Part shown: positions 58,543 through 64,000 of the stretch, piece after piece
How the letters are laid out: the number at the start of each line of letters is the position of its first letter
Numbering within the stretch: the first letter of the stretch is position 1
Notes under the pieces: generated by a model
Databases searched by the model: none
Seen by the model: the letters and a program-made list of their open reading frames with translations, nothing else
What the model was told of the DNA's origin: nothing
Program-made: the position numbers and the translations under genes
Source of the DNA: an uncultured bacterium
GTDB lineage: Bacteria > Zixibacteria > MSB-5A5 > GN15 > FEB-12
Assembly (NCBI GenBank): GCA_965372795.1
Contig: CBDVDR010000003.1
Location: 1 to 64,000 of the forward strand
Length of the DNA stretch: 64,000 nt
Direction: 5' to 3'

Positions 58543-59067
58543 TTATGAGAATTTTTTCTTTAAGGCACGTTTAACACATACCGGTACAAGACCGGTAAAA
58601 TCTCCTCCATTGCGGGCCACATCTTTAACCAAGGTAGAGGAAAGATAGACCCAGGATAGGGAAGGCATTAGAAAAACGGTCTCTACATCCCGAGCCAGTT
58701 TGCGATTCATTAAAGCCATCTGAAATTCATATTCAAAATCTGATACAGCTCTCAGCCCGCGAATAATGGCGTCAGCTTTAAGCTGTATGGCTAATTCGGC
58801 TAACAAACCATTGAACCCAACAACTTTTATATTTGATTTTAAGGATAATTTTTTAATTGATTCGTTCATCAACATCAAACGTTCTTCAAACTCAAGCAGA
58901 GGAGTTTTGTCAACGTTTTGAGCAACAGCAACGACAAGCTCATCAAATAACCCGCCGGCTCTTTCAATTAGCGATATATGCCCGTTTGTGACCGGATCAA
59001 AGGTGCCAGGGTAAATCGCTTTTGTTTTTCTTATGTTCTTAACCAAAGAATTAAAACCAATCAACAA
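58543..59067 (-). CDS. coaD: Phosphopantetheine adenylyltransferase
   Basis: YPGTFDPVTNGH, RGLRAVSDFEYE, SSTLVK. Confidence 0.96.
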   Translation of the reverse strand: MLIGFNSLVKNIRKTKAIYPGTFDPVTNGHISLIERAGGLFDELVVAVAQNVDKTPLLEFEERLMLMNESIKKLSLKSNIKVVGFNGLLAELAIQLKADAIIRGLRAVSDFEYEFQMALMNRKLARDVETVFLMPSLSWVYLSSTLVKDVARNGGDFTGLVPVCVKRALKKKFS

Positions 59068-59108
59068 TTAAAAACTAAACATACATATTGAGCCATATTT
59101 TTGCAAGC

Positions 59109-59969
59109 TTATTCGACACTTAACCCCAAAGAAATTAGATAGTTATGAATCGGAATTTTATTAATTTGGCTTGGGTCAGTGAAAAAACCGCTGTTAATTT
59201 TTGGTTGAGCTATTTCGATGTTAAAATACTTTTGCATTGCAATAATCAGGTTCTGATCAGCTTTTTCACCGGTAATATTGAGAGTTGAAAGAGGAAGTGT
59301 GATCCCTTTTTCAAAGATAGAGGCTAATTTAAAATTGATAATGGTTTTGAATTCAAGAGCAAATTTGTCAGGGAAATCATCTTTTTCCTGATCCAGATTA
59401 TTTATATCAAGGTAAGTCAATTCGATAGGTTGGGATTTATAAATAAAACAAATCGAAATAATCGAGTTACTTATATCAGCCAAGCAGATAAGATCACCGG
59501 CATCACGGTGGCAAAAAGCGATATATCCGTTTGCTAAAGCCAAAGACCGCAAGCAATATTTTAATTTTTTATTTTTAAGCAAGTCACTGTTGAATGATTC
59601 GGAAATGTTTTCAAGTGAATTTTTCCTGACAATATATCCCAGGATATCGTTATCATAAGCAGTGTTGATAGTTTCAAATTGGAAATTAGATTCATCCTCA
59701 AGCAATGATTGGATCATCTCAAATTTTCCCAGCTCGTTTTTATTATACTGTGCATCCTGTGGGACATAAATATGTTTAATCATTGCCAATTCATCAGAAA
59801 TCCCAATGACAATATCACCATTTTCAAGCAGCCGGTGTTCAAGGGGGAATTCTCTTTTGAGGCGAATCAGAGCTTTAATTTCCGGGCGGGCGACGCCGTT
59901 TTTTACCCGGGCAGCATAGATCAGGTCATCTCGGAGATCAAGACCGATTTTAACTATACTGCTGCTCAC
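59109..59969 (-). CDS. Divergent PilM-like actin-fold protein
   Basis: KIGLDL, CLADIS, ITGE and C-terminal ISLGLS pattern. Confidence 0.5.
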   Translation of the reverse strand: MSSSIVKIGLDLRDDLIYAARVKNGVARPEIKALIRLKREFPLEHRLLENGDIVIGISDELAMIKHIYVPQDAQYNKNELGKFEMIQSLLEDESNFQFETINTAYDNDILGYIVRKNSLENISESFNSDLLKNKKLKYCLRSLALANGYIAFCHRDAGDLICLADISNSIISICFIYKSQPIELTYLDINNLDQEKDDFPDKFALEFKTIINFKLASIFEKGITLPLSTLNITGEKADQNLIIAMQKYFNIEIAQPKINSGFFTDPSQINKIPIHNYLISLGLSVE

Positions 59970-60337
59970 AGTTTATTTATTTTCAAATATGGTTTAATTT
60001 TTTCATACGATTTGGCGCCAATACCGTTTACTTCGGTTATATCAACTTTTTTCTCAAATCTGTTTTTTTGGCGGTAAGCAACAATGCGATCTGCCAGAGT
60101 TTTGCCGATACCGGGAATTAGCTCCAGTGAGTCAGCCGGGGCAGTGTTGGGATCAAGGACAAATATACCGGTAAATTCCTGATTGGCTTCATTGACCGTA
60201 ATATTAAATTTGGTTGGAATATTTGTTGGGACCGAGTTTGATTTTAACAGTAAATAACCGCCCATCAGTGTTGCAGTAATGCTTAGGGCAACAATAAATT
60301 TTAGCTGCCGGGCAGTGAAATCGAAAATTTGATTCAT
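59966..60337 (-). CDS. ComEA-like helix-hairpin-helix DNA-binding protein
   Basis: N-terminal TM; DPNTA...LIPGIG..LA.RIV.YR...EVNGIG. Confidence 0.85.
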   Translation of the reverse strand: MNQIFDFTARQLKFIVALSITATLMGGYLLLKSNSVPTNIPTKFNITVNEANQEFTGIFVLDPNTAPADSLELIPGIGKTLADRIVAYRQKNRFEKKVDITEVNGIGAKSYEKIKPYLKINKL

Positions 60338-60496
60338 AGTATAGTATGCTCCTGGGAATGAAAATAAGATTGGATAATCTAATTGTCAACTGGTGACATT
60401 AATTGAGTGAGAAATAATGGAAATAGCAAGCCATTCGATTTTGGAATAAATCAAGTGGCATAACTCAAAATAGCGAATTATGATTGTGATCAACTA

Positions 60497-61024
60497 TCAG
60501 TTATCGGAAGAATCAGGCAGAGGTAGAAATCTTCCGCAATCAGTCAAATATTGCATTATCGATGTTTCAGGTTGATCAGATATAGCAGCCAGATCGGATA
60601 ACGCTTTTTTGCTGTAGATTCCGAATAGATGTTTTTTGTTTTCGTCTTCTTTATCGGGCACTAAATAGCCCAGAAACGGCTCACCCTGATAGTTTTTGAT
60701 CAAATTAACCGGCCAGTCGAGTGGAAAATCAAAGATATCACTGGAACCGATGAAAACAGCATCGGATTTAGCATCTTCCAAAGCCGCTTCAAGGCCGACT
60801 GAGAAATGTTTTTTCTCATTTTGATCAAGAACATAGGGATAATTAAGATAATGCTCGTGGGCTTGGTCTTTTTTGATAACCAGCTTGACCTTATCGAAAA
60901 TTTTGGCGTAATGCCGATAGCCGGTTTCAAGGCGGGTAAGGTCACCTAATGGTGAAAAATCGTCCTGGTGGTTTTTTCCTCCGGCGAGGATATAGCAGTT
61001 CATTGTTTTGAATTGCTCAGTCAT
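60497..61024 (-). CDS. Degenerate MobA-like NTP transferase domain protein
   Basis: YILAGG, GLEAAL, LFGIYSK; lacks the SRRMG.DK segment. Confidence 0.55.
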   Translation of the reverse strand: MTEQFKTMNCYILAGGKNHQDDFSPLGDLTRLETGYRHYAKIFDKVKLVIKKDQAHEHYLNYPYVLDQNEKKHFSVGLEAALEDAKSDAVFIGSSDIFDFPLDWPVNLIKNYQGEPFLGYLVPDKEDENKKHLFGIYSKKALSDLAAISDQPETSIMQYLTDCGRFLPLPDSSDN

Positions 61025-61190
61025 AAGGAAATAGTACTCCCTTTGATATTTTGGTGATTGGTGAGGATTTTAGATTTCGGATATTTTGCATTCCAAAAGT
61101 CAACAAACGACCTTTTTTATGATTAATGCAACCAAAATTTGAATGTAGACAAGAACTTTTAGGATTATTTTAGATGATACGGCAGGGTGG

Positions 61191-61751
61191 TCACTTCTCT
61201 AAATCTTCAGTCTCATGAACCGTACCGGAAGCATTCAAAATTTTAAAAGGGAAAAGGTCCTGATCAGCTTCAAGTCCGTAGCCTTGAGCGTCAATGACAC
61301 CTTCTTTTGTGATCTTAACAAATTTATCGGATTCGATTTTTCGGGTTTTTGAACTCCAGGACAAATATTCGGTCTCCAATTTCATCGAATCAGTAGAAAT
61401 TACGACCACATTACCAAAGAGCTCAAGCCGTCCTCTTTTCTCATTTATCAGCCCGGAATCGCCAACAATCGTACTGGATAATTCACCAAGAGAATCATAA
61501 ACAATCGCATCAACCTGGTATGCCATGGTGGAATCAATTTTTTCAAATTTAATTATTTTGCCGGTTTTGATTTTTGCAGTTTTACGACTGCCATCATAGA
61601 TATAGGTCGTGGCGCCCATAAGTTCCGAATCAGGGATTAATGTGGAATCGATTTCAACCGGAGGAAATTCAATTTCAGTTTTTTCAGAACAACCGGATAT
61701 AAAGATCAGGCATAGAAGAATAAAATTTATAAAGTATTGATAATTGTTCAT
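61191..61751 (-). CDS. lptC: LPS export periplasmic protein LptC
   Basis: Lipobox ISGC; GNVVV...KLETEYLSW...IESDKFV.I...GYGLEADQ. Confidence 0.8.
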   Translation of the reverse strand: MNNYQYFINFILLCLIFISGCSEKTEIEFPPVEIDSTLIPDSELMGATTYIYDGSRKTAKIKTGKIIKFEKIDSTMAYQVDAIVYDSLGELSSTIVGDSGLINEKRGRLELFGNVVVISTDSMKLETEYLSWSSKTRKIESDKFVKITKEGVIDAQGYGLEADQDLFPFKILNASGTVHETEDLEK

Positions 61752-61876
61752 AACAAATATCAAAGACGGATTTATGGCTTAAAAGTCAAGTGATTTATAG
61801 CGTTAGATGTTAGTGAATGGTTGATAAAGTCGAAACCGGTACGGTTTCGACTTATTTGAATTATTAAAGAATATTT

Positions 61877-63505
61877 CTATAGACCTACAAATTTCTGTTT
61901 CCATCCGACACTTTGAAAATAATCAATCATTGGGGTTGCCGGAGGATGATTGGCAGGGTTTTTTAAATCCATATCAAAAGCCCAGTCACGCACCGGTGGT
62001 TCATAGCAATTAATAGACCATTCTGAAGTGGCTTGTTTGGATCTCCAGAGACAGATAAAAGATCCTCTTAAAGTTAAGACCGCCGGATCCCAATATTCAA
62101 GGAAACGAGGTAAATTTTCAATTCCCCCGCCATAGCTTCCTGCACTTGGCGCTACATCACCGGTAATAAAACAAACGTTGATGTTGGTACTGTTGGCAAC
62201 TCTTTGATTTTTAGGAAGGTCACTCAGAGTATCATCCCAATTATCAGATAAAATCGTCAAGGCATCAGTAAGAATAGCTGCTGGCTTTTTAAGAGTGTCG
62301 TTATAACTTCCTACGGTATAAACAGGATTATAGCTGGCGATTGTTAAAGGAGCAAATAGTTCATGACCGTTTGATATTCGTAATGCAGGCCAGTGACCAC
62401 CTAACGGCTTATCATAAAAGTACAGAACTCCGTTTGTCGGCCAATAGCCTTTGCTTGAAAGTTTTGCCATATCCAATTCCATAACATCAACCCAGACATC
62501 TTCGCGGTCGTCATAAAACTGATCGTCATTGAATACTATAACACTATCATCAATCATATCCACGGTAACATCAAGCCATATACCACCGCCTAAATCTCTG
62601 AAGGCCGTTTGATTTTTAAATTTGATAGTCGCTATATTTTCATAGGAATCATCATTACCCAGCGCAGGCTCTAGCATAGAGTACGGATTATTTACGTCCG
62701 TAATCGGCAAATTTAATCGCTTTATTCCAAACGCCTGGTCTTGTACTTTACCACCCCATAAAGCACCTGCCTGATTATACCAATCCGGATGGGTTGCATC
62801 CAGCCAGGTACCGCCTTGATTCATTGATTGGTACAGTCCGACACGATCTTTTATATATACATCAGCAGTAGCTGTACCGGCATATTGTCCGTGAATTAAT
62901 CCATGGTAGATACTTCCGGCCGAGGTTAAATAGCTATCAATTCTTAATTGAGTAAAAGCTTGCAGATGAATATTACCATTTGAATGAACTCTTCCATTTA
63001 AAGCCATGTTTGGCTTTGGAGTTGCTTGAAGGTCATTTTCATAAAAAACAGCAAATTGATATATAGGAATTTGCATGGGTTGAAAATCCTGAGTGATTTG
63101 GATTTTCGCTTTTTCAATTTCATTGATTGCGGTCGATACTAAAGTAAAAGTTCTTACCGATGCATGTAACCCGGCAAAGACTCCGGACTTTAACACTTTT
63201 TCTACTACCGGACCGATATCGGATGTTTCAAAAGTTACAAAGCATTTATTCATTTCAAAATTACCGCTTGGTGATTCTTCAGGTGGTTTTCCCGTACTAT
63301 CATAGGCTGTTTGTATTATTGAGGTTGCTATATCCAGTCCTGATTCAGCGGCATAAAATGCACGGTATTCCTGCAGTTGATTAGCAGCAATTTGAACTTC
63401 ATCATCTGAAGTCGTTAAGGCTGCTAACCCGATTAAAGTAAGCATTCCAACCATAATCAATGCAATCATTGTTGCAAGCCCACTTTGTGATTTGATTTTA
63501 TTCAT
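61877..63505 (-). CDS. PilX-like type IV minor pilin / large pilin-like protein
   Basis: SQSG-LATMIALI prepilin-like N-terminus, AFYAAESG, GRVHSNGNI, NLPRFLE.W. Confidence 0.75.
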   Translation of the reverse strand: MNKIKSQSGLATMIALIMVGMLTLIGLAALTTSDDEVQIAANQLQEYRAFYAAESGLDIATSIIQTAYDSTGKPPEESPSGNFEMNKCFVTFETSDIGPVVEKVLKSGVFAGLHASVRTFTLVSTAINEIEKAKIQITQDFQPMQIPIYQFAVFYENDLQATPKPNMALNGRVHSNGNIHLQAFTQLRIDSYLTSAGSIYHGLIHGQYAGTATADVYIKDRVGLYQSMNQGGTWLDATHPDWYNQAGALWGGKVQDQAFGIKRLNLPITDVNNPYSMLEPALGNDDSYENIATIKFKNQTAFRDLGGGIWLDVTVDMIDDSVIVFNDDQFYDDREDVWVDVMELDMAKLSSKGYWPTNGVLYFYDKPLGGHWPALRISNGHELFAPLTIASYNPVYTVGSYNDTLKKPAAILTDALTILSDNWDDTLSDLPKNQRVANSTNINVCFITGDVAPSAGSYGGGIENLPRFLEYWDPAVLTLRGSFICLWRSKQATSEWSINCYEPPVRDWAFDMDLKNPANHPPATPMIDYFQSVGWKQKFVGL

Positions 63506-64000
63506 AATTTGGATTCTCCAAAATAAAGACGTTGGTTAAATTATCGACATTTATATAATTATCTTAATTATAAAAATATCGACTGTTATTATCCAGTATG
63601 GTTGTTTTCAATGACTTAGGGTGGTTTTGGTGTTGTTTAGGCTAATTAAAGTAGAGCTGATTAGTAAATGAACTAATCGGTGTTGGGCAGTTATATTAAC
63701 TATATTGGTAAATACCTGAGGCAATTAAATATGATTACACAGAAAAATTGAAAAATAGATTATTTGTCTTTATAACATTTGTCGCTTGAGATCATTTGAT
63801 ACGTCAGAAAATAACTTACGAAGTTTATAGAAATATATTATAATAGACCACAAATATTATTACGAGGTATGGTTTAGCTCTGCTATGACACCAATAACAT
63901 TAGTTAATATTCGAAATCTAACAATAACTTATGTTAACAGTACCGTATTTAATAATTTTTCATTTTCTGTTATGGCTGGCGAGATTGTTGTTATTGTCGG

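Noticed and set aside
998..63384. Numerous 60-140 aa ORFs overlapping longer genes in the ORF track
   Set aside because: They are antisense or off-frame shadows of well-supported CDSs with no recognisable motifs
63506..64000. tRNA or gene in the right-end spacer
   Set aside because: AT-rich with no cloverleaf, no TTCGA T-arm in a valid context and no supportable ORF

Overview
AT-rich bacterial chromosome segment, most likely from an FCB-group organism such as candidate division Zixibacteria. This is inferred from a Cys-Cys-anchored dockerin-like C-terminal domain, an NYPNPFN sorting domain and an S16 with a long Ala/Glu/Lys tail. 1-16 kb is accessory. It holds a leftward array of secreted hydrolases and beta-propellers with gene fragments behind an ECF-type promoter, an arylamine N-acetyltransferase, and a compact three-gene cassette (small helical protein, HExxH gluzincin-like protein, dUTPase-fold dCTP deaminase). 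That cassette is the best candidate here for an undescribed system, possibly anti-phage. 16-41 kb carries a type III PKS, qNOR with an Rrf2 regulator, an anticodon-domain-less AsnRS paralogue behind a structured leader and terminator, surface proteins, a YfiR/CHASE8-MCP pair, a receiver-PPDK fusion next to gdhA, an atypical LuxR regulator and a TonB-dependent receptor. 41-64 kb is mostly core (ffh-rpsP-khpA-rimM-trmD-rplS, rsmD, rnhB, yraN, ispG, rqcH-like, fumC, RRM protein, lysS, coaD, lptC, pilus/competence genes). It is interrupted at 49-52.5 kb by an accessory patch with a non-CRISPR repeat array and REP-like hairpins, and contains two candidate structured RNAs. No tRNA, rRNA, CRISPR array, transposase or integrase was recognised. 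All family calls are from motif recognition by eye, not database searches.
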